64,000 nt of DNA from assembly GCF_009914755.1 (NCBI RefSeq), contig NC_060928.1. The stretch is one strand, 5' to 3'. A model generated the notes under the pieces. It did not search any database. It saw nothing but the letters and a program-made list of their open reading frames with translations, and had not been told where the DNA came from. Below are positions 30,191-44,950 of the stretch, one piece after another. The stretch's first letter is position 1, and each line of letters begins with the position of its first letter. Made by a program: the position numbers and the translations under genes. The DNA comes from the human T2T-CHM13v2.0 reference genome, Homo sapiens.

Positions 30191-32658
30191 TGATATGGTT
30201 TGGCTGTGTCCCCACCCAAATATCATCTTGAATTCCCACGTTATGGGAGGGATCCAATGGGAGGTACATAGAATCATGAAGATAAGTCTTTCCTGTGCTG
30301 TTCTCCTGATGGTGGATATGTCTCATGAGATCTGATAGTTCTATAAGGCGGAGTTTCCCTACACCAGCTCTCTCTCTTTGCTTGCCACCATCCATGTAAG
30401 ACGTGATTTGCTCCTCCTTGCCTCCCACCATGATTATGAGGCTTCCCCAGCCACATGGAACTGTAAGTCCATTAAACCTTTTTCTTTTGTAAATTGCCCA
30501 GGATCAGATATGTCTTTATCAGCAGTGTGAAAATGGACTAATACAGTAAACTGGAACCAGTAGAGTGGGGCACTGTTGAAAAGATACCCGAAAATGGGAA
30601 GCAGCTTTGGAATTGGGTAACAGGCAAAGGTTGGAATAATTTGGAGGGCTCAGAAGAAGACAGGAAAATGTGGGAAAGTTTGGAACTCCCTAGAGACTTG
30701 TTGAATGGCTGTGACTAAAATACTGATAATGATATGGACAATGAAATCCAGGCTGAGGTGGTCTGTATTAGGGTTCTCTTAGAGGGACAAAACTTATATT
30801 AGCAGGGTATAATCTTTAAGATATTAAGATATCTTTAATATATATATAATATATATTATATTAATATATAATATCTTTAAGATATTAAGATATCTTTAAT
30901 ATCTGAATATTTTGTAGCCCTCAACCCAATCAAGTTGACACTCGGTATTAACCATCACATGGTCTCAGATAGAGATGAGGAATTTGTTGGGAATGGGAAC
31001 AAAGGTGACCCTTGTTATGTTTTAGCAAAAAGACTGGCAGCATTTTGCCCCTTCCTCCTAGAGATTTTTGGAACTTTGAACTTGAGAGAGATGATTTAGG
31101 GTAGCTGGCAGAAGAAATTTCTAAGCAGCAAAGCATTCAAGATGTGACATGGGTGCTGTTAAAGGCATTCAGTTTTGAAAGGGAAATAGAGCATAAAAGT
31201 ATGGAAAATTTGCAGCCTGATAATTTGATAAACAAGAAAATCCCATTTTCTGAGGAGAAATTCGAGCCGGCTGCAGAAATTTCATAAGTAATGAGAAGCT
31301 GAATGTTAGTCCCCAAGACAATGTCTCCAGGGCATGTCAGAAGTCTTCACAGCAGACCCTCTCATCATAGGCCTGAAGGTTTAGGAGGAAAAAATGGTTT
31401 TGTGGGCCAGGGCCAGGGTCCCTCTGCTGTGTGCAGTTTAGGGACTTGGTGCCCTGCATCCCAGCCACTCCAGCTGTGACTAAAAGAGGCCAAAGTACAG
31501 CTCAGGCTGTTGCTTCAGAGGGTGTAAGCCCCAAGCCTTGGTGTTGAGCCTGTGAGTGCACAGAAGTTAAGAACTGAGGTTTGGGAACCTCTGCCTAGAT
31601 TTCAGAAGATGTATGGAAATGCCTGGATACTCAGGCAGAAGTTTGCTGTAGGGGCAGGGTCCTTATAGAGAACTTCTGTTAGGGCAATGCAGAAGGGAAA
31701 TGATGGGGTCAGAGCCACCACACAAGGGTGCCTACTGGGGCACTACCTAATGGAGCTGTGAGAAGAGGGCCACCATCTTCCAGACCCCAGAATCGTAGAT
31801 CCACCTACAGCTTGCACCGTGTGCCTAGAAAAGCCGCAGACACTTAATTCTAGCCTGTGAAAGCAGCTAGGAGGGGGGTTATACCCTGCAAAGCCACAGG
31901 GGTGGAGCCACTCAAGGCCATGGGAGCCTACCTTTTGCATCTGAGTGCCCTGGATGTGAGACATGGAGTCAAAAGAGATCATTTTGGAGCTTTAAGATTT
32001 GACTGCCTTACTGGATTTTGGACTTGGATGGGGCTTGTAGCCCCTTTGTTTTGGCTAGTTTCTCCATTTGTCATGGCTGTATTTATCCAGTGCCTGTACC
32101 CCTATTGTATCTAGGAAGTAACTAACTTGCTTTTGATTTTACAGGCTCATAGGCAGAAGGGAATTGCCTTGTCTCAGATGAGACTTGGGACTGTGGACTT
32201 TTGAGTTAATGCTGAAATGAGTTAAGACTTTGGGGAACTGTTGGAAGGCATGATTGGTTTTAAAACATGAGGACATGAGATTTGGGAGGGGCCAGGGTTG
32301 GAATTGTATGGTTTGGCTGTTTCCCCAAACAAATCTCATCTTGAATTCCCATGTGTTGTGGGAGGGACCTGATGGGAGGTAACTGAATCATGGGGGTGGG
32401 TCTTTCCCATGTTGTTCTCCTGATAGTGAGTAAGTCTCATGAGGTCTGATGGTTCTATAAGGGGGAGTTTCCCTGCACAAGTTCTCTCTCTTTGCCTGCC
32501 GCCATCCATGTAAGATGTGATTTGCACCTCTTTGCCTTCTACCATGATTGTGAGGCTTCCCCAGCCACGTGGAACTGTAAGTCCATTAAACCTCTTTCTT
32601 TTTTAATTGTCCAGTCTTGGGTATGTCACTATCAGCAGCATGAAAATGGACTAATACA
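30191..32658 (+). mobile_element. Full-length THE1 (THE1B/C-like) MaLR element: LTR 30191-30545, internal, LTR 32304-32658
   Basis: Two ~355-bp LTRs (tgatatggtttggctgtgtccccacccaaat...ggactaataca), THE1-int sequence, 5-bp near-TSD GGTGG/GATGG inside an old L1. Confidence 0.92.
30764..30959 (-). mobile_element. Internally deleted MLT2A-like (HERV-L) LTR inserted in THE1-int
   Basis: Ends tgtattagggttctct... and ...caatcaagttgacactcggtattaaccatcaca; 5-bp TSD TGGTC (30759-30763 / 30960-30964). Confidence 0.8.
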
Positions 32659-32814
32659 GATGGTAAGTTTTATGTTATGTATTTTTTACCACAATAAAAA
32701 GTAATAGAAGAGGTGAGAATTGGATGGAAGTATAGATGAAACTAGTTGACCAAGAGTTGACAACTGGAGAGGCTGGGTGATGGGTGTATGGGGTTCATTA
32801 TACTGCTGCCATTC

Positions 32815-34992
32815 ATCTCTCCTGCTGCCATGTGAAGATGTGCTTGCTTCTCCTTTGCCCCTCCACCAGGATTGTAAATTTCCTGAGGCCTCCCAAGCCA
32901 TGCCTCCTGTACAGCCTGTGGAACTGTGAGTCAATTAAAACTATTTTCTTTATAAATTACCCAGTCTCAGGTATGACCTTACAGCAGTGTGAGAATGGAC
33001 TAAAAAAGAAAATTGGTACCGGAGAAGTGAGGCATTGCTATAAAGATACCTGAAAATGTGGAAGCAGTTTTGGAACTGGGTAATGGGCATAGGTTGAAAT
33101 AGCTTAGAGGGCTCAGAAGAAGACAGGAAGATGAAGGAAAGTTTGGTATTTCCTAGAGATTTGTTAAATGGTTTTGACCAAAATTCTGATGTGGTATAGA
33201 CAATAAAGTGCAGGGTGAGATGGTCTCAGATAGAGATGAGGAACTTGTTGGGAACTGGAGCAAAGGACACCCTTGCTATGTTTTAGCAAAGAGACTGGCA
33301 GCATTGTGCCCTGCTCTAGGGATCTGTGGAACTTTGAACATGAGAGATGATTTAGGGTATCTGGTGGAAGAAATTTTTAAGCAGCAAAGCATTCAAGATG
33401 TGGCCTGGCTGCTTCTAAAAGCCTATATTCATTTGCATAAGCAAAAAGAGCTTATATTTAAAAGGGAAACAGAGCATAAAAGTTCGGAAAATTTGCAGCC
33501 TGACCATGTGGTAGAAAAGAAAACCCCATTGTATAGGTTGAAATTCAAGCTGGCTGCAAAAATTTGCATAAGTTCAAGAGAAGCCAAATGTTAATAGCCA
33601 AGACAATGGGGAAAATGTCACCAGGCATTTCAGAGACCTTTGTGGCAGCCCCTGCCATCATAAGCCCAGAGGCCTGGGAGGAAAAAATGATTTCATTGAT
33701 GCAGGGCCCTGCTGCTTTGTGCAGCCTTGGGACATGGTGCCTGGCATCCTAGCTGCTTCAGCTCCAGCTGTGGCTAAAAGAGGCCAAGGTACAGCTTAAG
33801 CTTTGCTTCAAAGGATGCAAGGCCCAAGCCTTGGTGGCTTCCATGTGATGTTGGGCCTGTGGGTGCACAGAAGGCAAGAGTTGAGGTTTGGGCACCTCTG
33901 CCTAGATTCTAGAGGATATATGGAAATGCCTGGATGTCCAGGCAGAAGTCTGTGGCAGGGGTGGAGCTCTCATATAGACCCTTTACTAGAGCAATGCAGA
34001 GGGGAGATATGAGGTTAGACCCCCACACAGAGTCCCCACTGGAGCACTGCGTAGTGAAGCTGTGAGAAGAGACCCATTGTCCTCCAGACCCCAGAATAGT
34101 AAGATCCACCAACAGCTTGCACCATGCACCTGGAAAAGCCACAGTCAGTAAACATCAGCCTTTGAGAGCAGCCATGGGAGCTAAGCCCTAGAGAGCCAGA
34201 GGGGTGGAGCTTCCCAAGGCCTTGGGAGCCAACCCCTTGCATCAGAGTGCCCTGGATGTGAGACCTGGAGTCAAAGGAGATTATTTCAGGGCTTTAAGAT
34301 TTAATGACTGCCCTGCTGGGTTTTGGACTTGCATGGGGGCTGTAGCCCCTTTGTTTTGGCCATTTTCTCCCTTTTGGAAGAGGAACATTTGCCCAGCACC
34401 TGTACCTCCATTGTACCTTGGAAGTAACTGACTTGTTTTTGATTTTACAGGCTCCTAGGCAGAAGGAACTTGCCTTGTCTCAGATAAAACTTTGGACTTG
34501 GACTTTTCAGTTAATGCTGGAATGAGTTAAGACTTTGGGGGACTGTTGGGAAGAGATTATTGTGTTTTGAAATGTGAGAAGGACATGAGATTTGGGAGGG
34601 GCCAGGGGCAGAATGATATGGTTGGCACTGTGTTCCCCACCCAAATTTCATGTTGAATTGTGATCCTGAGTGTTGGAGGTGGGGTCTGGTGGGAGGTGAT
34701 TGGAACATGGGGGCAGATTTCCCCCTTACTGTTCTGTGATAGTGAGTGAGTTCTCACAAGATCTCTTTATTTAAAAGTATGTAGCACTTCCCCCTTTGCT
34801 CTGTCTCTCCTGCCACTATATGAAGAGGTGCTTGCTCCCCCTTTGCCCTTCTGCCATGATTTAGGTTTCCTGAGGCCTCCCCAGCCATGCCTCATACAGC
34901 CTGTGGAACTGTGAGTCAATTAAGTCTCTTTTCTTTATTAATTACCCAGTCTTAGGTATGTCTTTGTAGCAGGGTGAGAATGGACTAATACA
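32815..34992 (+). mobile_element. MSTA-like MaLR element: partial 5' LTR, internal region, full 3' LTR 34614-34992
   Basis: MaLR-int homologous to the adjacent THE1-int; 3' LTR tgatatggtt...gtgttggaggtgggg...ggactaataca. Confidence 0.85.
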
Positions 34993-35100
34993 CCCACCAA
35001 AAGTTCTATGTCCCAGATAAAATTTTCCTAACATTGTTAATAATCACACAGCATTCTTTATCCAAAATGAAAATAGCTTTTCTCTTATCAAAATTCTATA

Positions 35101-35927
35101 TTTTATTTATTTTTTTATTTATCTTTTGAGACAGAGTCTCACTCTGTTGCCCACGCTGGAGTGCAGTGGTGCAATCTCAGCTCACTGCAACTTCTGCCTC
35201 CCAGGTTCAAGTGATTCTCATGCCTCAGCCTCTTGAGTAGCTGGGATTACAGGTGCACACCTCCACACCTGGCTAATTTTTGTATTTTTAGTAGAGGCAG
35301 GGTTTTACCATGTTGGCCAGGATGGTCTCAAACTCGTGACCTCAGGTGATCCACCTGCCTCAGCCTCCCAAAGTGCTGGGATTACAGGCATGAGCCACTG
35401 CGCCTGGCCTAAATTCTATATTTTAAATGTTAACTGTCAAAATAAAAGAAAAAAAAAACTAACCTTTTTTCATCCCAAATTATGGAAAGACCCAAACAGC
35501 AGAGATGACAGTAAAAAGAAATTTAAAAATCACCTCAAATCCTATCATTCATTGGAAACCTTTGCATATATATCCTTCCAGACATTTCTTAATGAACTGT
35601 GAGGGTTTTTTGTTTTTGTTTGTTGTTGTCCTTGTTGTTGTTTTTGAGACAGAGTCTCACTCTGTCGCCCAGGCTGGAGTGCAGTGACATGATTTTAGCT
35701 CATTGCAATCTCTGTCTCCCAGGCTCAAGCAATTCTTATGCCTCAGCCTCCTGAGTAGCTGGGACTACAGGCATATGCCACCAGGCCTGGCTAATTTTTG
35801 TGTTTTTAATAGAGATGGAGTTTTACCATGTTGGCCAGGCTGGTCTCAAACTCCTGGACTCAAGTGATCCACCTGCTTTGGCCTCCCAAAGTGCTTGGAT
35901 TACAGGTGTAAGCCACTGCACCTGGCC
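35101..35927 (-). mobile_element. Two AluS (35101-35409, TSD AAATTCTATATTTTA; 35606-35927, TSD ATGAACTGT)
   Basis: Alu consensus and TSDs. Confidence 0.9.
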
Positions 35928-37177
35928 CATGAACTGTTTTTTAAAGTGTCTGTTGCTGTCAGATAAAAAGAGCCTATATTTATATCATATGGAAAGTGAC
36001 TCCTAGTTTATCAAGAGTGTCATTCAAAATAAACATATAGATTAGCAATTACTCATTGCATATGCAAAATTATGTGTTTCTACATAATCTTTTTTGTCTT
36101 AGAGAAGGAGCCAAAATTTTCATCAGGCTTCAAGAATATGGTGTCTTGAACAGACTGATACTATAATCTTGAACCTCTTAAAGTTACATATTCTATTCAA
36201 ACAACTCTTTGCAGCCAATCATTTCTTCATTAAAGACAAATTTGAAGGACTTTTGTTTTATTGTAATTCAAGTTTGAAATTAATAACACACATCTTCACC
36301 AAGGAAAATAACCACTTAACACCAGATTTTATTTGTTCTACTATTAATAATTGACCTATCCTCCCAATTAAAAAAAAGTTTGGTTAAAAATGTTGAGGTT
36401 AATGTATATTTTATATAAGCTTATTTGCTTTTATATTTTTCAAGAACTAAAGTTTTATTGTGTTCACTTGCTTATTTTTCACAATTAGCCTAATACTTGC
36501 ATAAAATATTCCATTAGGTGATATTGAATAAAATGAGTTCAATGAGTCATTTTTTCTTGAATTACTTAATTCAGAAACAAATTTCAGATTCAAATTCTAT
36601 TCTCTTACTAAATAAAATGTAACCCCATTATAGAATGGTTTATTACATGGAATTATAATAATAACTTGTGATGATGTATTTAAAGTTATTATATAACAAT
36701 TTATAATTTTCATTCATTTAGCCATTTATTCACCATATAAAAGACAGCGAACAGGCAGGGAAAATTCTGTTAGTGGCTGAGGCTTTGCTTCCAATCCTGA
36801 AGTAGAAATGCAAATAGATGGAAGGCTTCTTTTCTCAAAACAAATAAAACCTAGAAGGCCTCAAGTCAAAACAAGCCCAATGACCTATTCTGTACATTTT
36901 CTGCAATCTATTTCCTAATCCATTTCTTTAATGTCTTCAGGGTCAACTGTCAGCACCAGAAGAAGAGGAACCAGCATGCATCAGCAACCAGGACCTAGGA
37001 GTGCTAAGTGGAGAGCTTGAGGACAGAATAGAGAGGGAGCCTATCAGGCTGAGCTGCCTCTTGGCTCTTCCCTTCAAATCACTTGAAGTGTCAAGATTGG
37101 TGAGGATTAGACTCCTTTGGGTTAATCCCTAATGTTGTTGACATAGTTACAAGTAACTGTCAAAATTTACATTTCAC

Positions 37178-37631
37178 ATGAATCATTAAATAAAACTTAC
37201 AGGAGGCCATTGTTTTTGACTGAGCTCCTGCACTAGGCCCCAACAGACCAAACCAAAATGGAGTCACTTGTGTTAAGTGCCACATAATCAAAACGTAAAG
37301 GAAGAAGAAAAATCCCTAAATAGACCAACTTTTCTAAAAACAAGAGATTCACAGCAACAAATTGGAAAGGGCCCAGTCAACCTGAGCATGATAAGAAAGT
37401 TTCTTCTGCTTTAATTCTTATAAGCAAAGTAACCTGATGTTAACCAAGTCACTTTTTTTGGTATTATTCTGTTTCATTGTTCCTGCTCAAGCTACCTTAC
37501 AAAAACCAATGGTTCTGCTATGCCCAAGGAAGCTCTCTTTATTTTTAGATGGGATGCTGCCCAATTTATGAATAGCCAATAAAAGCCCATTAGATTTTTT
37601 ATTACATTTGTTGAAATTTTGTTTTCCAACA
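37178..37631 (+). mobile_element. MER31-like ERV1 solo LTR
   Basis: ggaggccattgtttttgactgagctcctgcactaggccccaacagacc...aataaaagc...ccaaca. Confidence 0.65.
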
Positions 37632-37710
37632 GAGTAAATTTTTAGGTTTTATTTTACACAACTGGCTCAAATATTTTATAAGATGTTCACCAAAAGAGAA
37701 ATTTGTTTAA

Positions 37711-38011
<301 letters not shown>

Positions 38012-38045
38012 CAGTTTTTATTTCTTAAATATAGTCATGGGTTGC

Positions 38046-38942
38046 TATTGCAGGATCTGGCCAGCAGCCCGCAATGCAACGGGGCTCTCTCTTTGCTCCT
38101 AGGTGGATCGGCAGGTTGAGAAATAATAAACACACACAAGATAGTGAAAGCTGGGTCCAGGGGGGTCACCGCCTTCTGGTCCCGCGGTGCCAACAATGCA
38201 CTGGATGTACCAGCATTTATTATTAAGTTTAGTGAGGGTCGGCGTAGGTTAGTGAGGGATTTAGGGTCATTTGATTATGAGGTGAGATGGTCACATGGGG
38301 ATGAAGTAATTCTTTAACATAACATTTGTATGTAGAAGTACAGTACATTTGTATGTAGAAGTACAGTATACAGAGATAAGAATTTACAATATAGTTTGTG
38401 CATCAGTAATTTCTAACAGAGCCTTAAAGCAGAAACACAATCTTTCCATAAACTATGATTAGCAAGATACTAATCAGCAGTAACAATTGCAACAAAGGCT
38501 GGTTACAAACAATCCATGGAAACAGGACCTGAAGCCAGACAACTGATTAGACCAGAAATTCTCAGAAGGGAGTATGCCTTAACCCTAAAGAGGCCTAGAA
38601 GAGCCGCGGCAAGATGAGGGCGTTTATAGCCCTGTCTTATCCATATGGACAGGCGCCCCCCATGCATCCGTTTATAGGCTTTCCATGAGGGTTGCATTCC
38701 ATTCCCAGAGCTATGAACATCTGCTTTTCTGGGATAGGAATCTTGGTGATGTGAAACCTCCCTAACTGCACATCCATTCATAGGCTCTCTGCAGGGGGAA
38801 GCACATCATGCACTGTTGGCTCATTCTGGCAGTCCAATGTGGCATTGTCTTTATACAATCCTGCATGCAATTTTGCATTTACAATAATCAGGAGCATTTC
38901 ATCTTTTATTCCATAGCAGTAGTTTCAGGGGGTCTCCCTACA
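38046..38942 (-). mobile_element. MER11D-like (HERV-K group) solo LTR
   Basis: Minus strand starts TGTAGGGAGACCCCCTGAAACT; 897 bp; 6-bp TSD GGTTGC (38040-38045 / 38943-38948), typical of betaretroviral ERVs. Confidence 0.82.
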
Positions 38943-39228
38943 GGTTGCATAATGATGTTTCAGTCAATGACAGACCACATATACAACAGTGGTCCCATAA
39001 GATTATAATGGAGCTGAAAAATTCCTATTGCCTAATGATGCCGTGGCCATGAAGATGTCATAGAGTAACGCATTATTCACGTGTTTGGGGTGATGCTGGT
39101 GTAAGGAACCTACTACACTGCCAGTGGCATAAAAGTATAGCACATACAATTAGGTGTAGTATATAACACCTAATAATAATGATAATAATAAATTATGGTT
39201 ACTGGTTTATTTATTTACTACACTATAC

Positions 39229-39512
<284 letters not shown>

Positions 39513-39983
39513 TACACTATACTTTTTATTGTTATTTTAAAGTGTACTCCTTTACTTATTTTTTTTATTATATTAAAATGTACTCCTTTACTATAAAAAA
39601 AAAGTTAACTGTAAAACAGTCTCAGACAGGTCTGTCAAGAGGTTTTTCAGAGGAAGGCACTGTTATAATAGGAGGTGACAGCTCCATGCCCATTACTGCC
39701 CCTTCAGACCTTCCAGGGGGACAAGCGGCAGAGGGGGAATACAGTGATATCAATGATCCTGACCCTGTGTAGGCCTAGGCTGATATGTGTGCTTGTGTCT
39801 TTGTGGTTAACAAAAGTTTAAAAAGTAAAAAATAAAATAAAAAAGAAAAAGCTTATAGAATAAGAAAATAAAGAAAGAACATATTTTTGTATAGCTGTAC
39901 AACGGGTTTGTTTTAAGCTAAAAGTTATTACAAAAGAGTTAAAAAGTTAAAAAAATTATAAAGTTTCTGAAGTAAAAAAGTTA

Positions 39984-40487
39984 CATTACCAGTAAACTGA
40001 GTTCTTCTCCTATTTTATATCAACCAAAATAACACCCAGTTGGAAAAGAGGCAAGCAGGTTTTATTCCTGGCCAGGAATGGAGGAGGGGCTCTCACTCTC
40101 AATGCCGCTTTTTCCCGATCAGTAGAGGCATGGGTTTTTTAAGGACTAAGTAGGCACGCAGCCTCCAGACACGCAGGCTCATTTCGTGCATATGTCTTCA
40201 TACAATCCATGTCACAAAATGGTGGACATTTTCTTTTACAGAAGGGAATTTTAGCGTTACAGTGATATGTTAATGACCTAAAGGCAACTAGGGGGGTCAT
40301 CTGTTCCAGTTTGTGCCAGTTTGGGGGATTCTGATCTTCCTTTGGTATCTGGTCAGGGGTCAAGAAACTCTGGCACCACCCCAGGCCATCTTATTTCTTT
40401 AAGCAGTTGTGTCTATAAATAGACTAAAGAAAAACAATAAGAAAAAGGAACTTTCCCAGTTAATTCATCAGGACTGAACTGGTAACA
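39984..40487 (-). mobile_element. ERV1-type solo LTR (subfamily not identified)
   Basis: Degenerate TGTTACC..GGTAA inverted ends, 4-bp TSD GTTA (39980-39983 / 40488-40491), AATAAA on the minus strand. Confidence 0.7.
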
Positions 40488-40605
40488 GTTAGAGTAAGCT
40501 GAGGTTAATTTATTTCTGAAGAAAGAAAAATTAGTTTTATAATTTAGTGTAGCCTACATGTACAGTGTTTATAAAGTCTACAGTAGTGTACAGTAATGCC
40601 CTAGG

Positions 40606-41617
40606 TATTGGGGGAACGCACCCCCAATATTTCAACATAGGTTCTTCCTATTTTCCATAAGTGTCAGCCAGCTGAGAAATAAAGAGAGATAGTACAAAGA
40701 GAGGAATTTTACAGCTGGGCCGCTGGGGGTGACATCACATATTGGTAGGGCCATGATGCCCGCCTGAGTCTTAGACCAGGAAGTTTTTATTAAGGGTTTC
40801 AAAAGGGGAGGGGGTGTAAGAACAGGGAGTAGGTACAAAGAACACATGATTCAAAAGGCAAAAAGCAGAACTACTAGTAAGAGTCCAACAAAGATCACAA
40901 GGCAAAAGGCAAAAGCAGAACTACCGATAAGGGTCTATATTCAGTGGTGCACATATTGTCTTGATAAACATCTTAAACAACAGAAAACAGGGTTCAAGAG
41001 CAGAGAACTGGTCTGACCACAAATTTACCAGGGTGGAGTTTTTCCCCACCCTAGTAAGCCTGAGGATACTGCAGGAGACCAGGGTGTATCTTAATCCTTA
41101 TCTCAACCACATAGGACAGACATTCCCAGAGCGGCCGTTTATAGACCTCCCCCAAGGAAGGCATTCCTTTCCCAGGGTATTAATATTAATATTCCTTGCT
41201 AGGAAAAGAATTTAGCGACATCTCTCCTACTTGCATGTCCGTTTATAGGCTCTCTGCAAGAAGAAAAATATGGCTCTTTTTTCCCGACCTTATGGTTGTC
41301 TTCCCTTGTTCTATAAAAATCGCTGTTATTCTGTTCTTTTTCAAGGTACACTGATTTCATATTGTTCAGACACACATGTTTTATAATCAATTTGTACAGT
41401 TAACACAATTATCACAGTGGTCCTGAGGTGACATACATCCTCAGCTTATGAAGATAACAGGATTAAGACATGAAAGTAAAGACAGGCATAAGAAATTATA
41501 TAAGTATTATTTGGGAACTGATATATGTCCATATTAAAATGAAATCTTCACAATTTATGTTCCTCTCTCATGGCTCCAGCCGGTCCTTCCATTCAGGGTC
41601 CCTGACTTCCCACAACA
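40606..41617 (-). mobile_element. MER11 (A/B/C) 3' LTR of HERV-K11/HML-8
   Basis: Minus strand starts TGTTGTGGGAAGTCAGGGACCC; preceded by polypurine tract AAAAAGAAAGGGAGAGA; AATAAA at 40786-40791. Confidence 0.9.
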
Positions 41618-42840
41618 TCTCTCCCTTTCTTTTTATATAAATGTGCCATGGCGATGAAGGCTTGTTCATTCTCTTAGTTTTGATGCAGGATTCTTTGACT
41701 GGTCTGGCACACTAAAAACAAGCCACTTAAACAGAGAAACATAATTCCAATGTTACTACAGTGGAGCCCCTAATAGACTTAATCCAAGTTGTGGGGTTTA
41801 GTCCATAAAGACTTTCTGCCACCTGATCTAACGTCTCAGCTCCAGGCACAATGGATAAATGAGCTTGAGAGGCTTCAAATATTTGTTTCTTTAATTTAGT
41901 TATGTCCAAGGATAAATTATCTTCCCTACCCAGAAGGTGTCCTTTGACCATTTCCCGTGAATGATCAATCTCGTAGGAATATGGTGTGATACAGAAATCA
42001 GAAGTATTCCAATCGCACTGCATTTGCATGCGATGTTTGAGACTCATTAGCCGATCTCCAAGCCAAATAACAGACTGTCTTAAATCATTAATTTGATTAG
42101 CTAATTTTTGACCAATGCCCTGTTGAGCATTCCACATTTGGGTGGAATTGGCTTGCCGATCATTAACAAAATGAGCCGTTTGAATAGATCGGTGTAATGC
42201 CACTCCGGCAGTGGTGGCCAGTGCAGTGACTAATTAGGCCCATGATCACAGCGATTAAAGTGAAAACAAATCTCTTAGATCTTTTGAGAATTCGTTGTTA
42301 ACACTTCATTAATTAAATATACTGAGGGGGAAGATTCCCAAGGTCTGGGTAAAGTTACTGGTATCCAGATTCTTTCTTGAGCTCAAAGCAACATTACACT
42401 TTTCCTGGAGTCAAAATGGGGGTTAACACAAGTGTATAAATGACAATGCATTGGACAGTTTGATTGTTTGTCCAAATTTTGATATTTCCCACTAACAGCA
42501 TGTAAGAAGGCTTAACACAATTCTATATAGGAATAGTCAGGCTGGAGGTAAACAAAGCAGAATGTCTGAATCTACATTGATACTGAGGGAGAGGAGCGGC
42601 AGTGGCAACGCCCGATGTTCTCTGCTGTAAAGAAGCAATCCAAGGTGCCCGGGGATGCCAAAGAGGTAGAGGGGCATAACTGGGCTGAGAAGAATTATCA
42701 TAATGCCAACTGGAGTCCCATAAAGGGGGATCAGCATCAAAACGAGGAAGAGGGTTCAAAGGGGATTTATCATGGGGTTCAGAATCACGGATGCGAGGGG
42801 CGGTAGTGGGGACAACAGACAGAAAAGTTTCCCCTTCCCA
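41618..42840 (-). pseudogene. HERV-K(HML-8) env remnant (end of SU plus TM), frameshifted
   Basis: RSKR|FVFTLIAVIMGL furin site and fusion peptide near 42240-42282; ORF 41727-42203 with [19 protein letters not shown] and CDWNTSDFC (CX7C) HERV-K TM motifs. Confidence 0.9.
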
Positions 42841-43080
42841 GAGTGCATTTCTCTGACTTCTCCTGGGACAAACCTGAGAAAAATTTTCTGCTTTCAAAAA
42901 CTCATGTGATTTGGTTTGGCTCACCACGATAATCTCCCTTTTTAAAAGTCAACTGTGTCATATAACATACCCTCATCCCAGGGCAAAATCCATGCTATTC
43001 ACAGTCATTGGGATTATGCAGGGCATGTACACCAGGAAAAAGTAGTCTTGGTGCCATCTTAGAATTCTGCTGGCCACACA
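42841..43080 (-). mobile_element. MLT1E-like MaLR LTR fragment
   Basis: gataatctcccttttt..aagtcaactg..gccatcttagaattctgctggccacaca. Confidence 0.55.
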
Positions 43081-43743
43081 TTGTTTCACTACAACCGTTA
43101 TCAGAGGGACAGCAATATCCAAGGAGCAGGAGAAGCAAGAGAGCTCTAAAAAAGAGACCGAGAAAATCAGCCAAAGAAGTCAGAGAAAAACTGGGAGGAA
43201 CTGAAAAATACAACCTCCTCACATGAGAGGCCTTCTAGCTGATGATTAAGACCATGGATACTGTAGCTGAACTGACAACTCCACCATTTATTCCTTGGCT
43301 GTGTGGCCTTGGATGACAAGGTATTGACACTTTACAGTTGCTTATCTTTAAATTGTAGCCAGTTGAAATCCCTACCTCACAGGATTTTTTGTGATGATTA
43401 AATGAGTAAATGGATGTAAGGTTTGTAGGAAAGTGTATCAGAGAATAATAAGCCCTCTATATGTGTTTGCCAATGTTTGAAAGGATTAAATCCCTTTTAT
43501 ATCATATTGATTAATGGAGCATATAATTTCTATTCTCATTGGACCTTTAAAGATTCTTTTTATATCACCAGTTTCCGCCTAGCATCGCTCTGGAGATGTA
43601 CAAGGGGCTTAGTAAAGGTTGATAGAAACAAACCAATTATGTAATCATAAATAATGCAATAGATGAATATAATACAATTATATGTAGCCATTAAGATTAA
43701 GAATAACTTAGGTGGTATGGTTCTTTTTAAAAATTTAAACATT

Positions 43744-44372
<629 letters not shown>

Positions 44373-44374
44373 TT

Positions 44375-44950
44375 ATGGTGAAATATACATAATATAAAGT
44401 TTACCATTTTAACTATTTTTAAGTGTAAAGTTCAGTAGTATCAACTACATTCATATTTTGCAGCCATCACCACCATCCATCTCTACAACTTTTTCAACTT
44501 CCTAAACTGACACTCTGTACCCATTAAATAATAACTCCCCATTCTCCATTCCCCTCAGCCCCTGAAACTACCATTCTACTTTCTGTCTCTGTGTATTTGA
44601 TCACTCTAGATACCTCGTATGAGTGGGATCATACACTATTTATACTTTGTACTTTTGTGACTAGCTCATTTCACTTAGCATAAAGTCCTCAAGGTTCATC
44701 CATGTTGTAGCATGGTGTCAGAATTTTCCTCTTGTTTAAAGCTGGATAGTATTCTACTGTATGTATATGCCACATTTTGTTTATCCATTCATCCATTGAT
44801 GGATATTTGGGTTACTTCCACTTTTTGGCTACTGTGAATAATGCTGCTATGAATGTGGGTGTACCAATATCTATTTGAGTTTTCTTTTCAATTCCTTTGG
44901 GTATATACCCGGAAGTGAAATTGCTGGATCATATGGTAATTCTGTTTACA
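44375..44950 (-). mobile_element. Old L1M 3' fragment
   Basis: ccattcatccattgatggatatttgggtt...gctgctatgaat...ggaagtgaaattgctggatcatatggtaattc. Confidence 0.8.

Noticed and set aside
38322-38367. 23-bp tandem duplication
   Set aside because: Inside an LTR; ordinary slippage or part of the consensus
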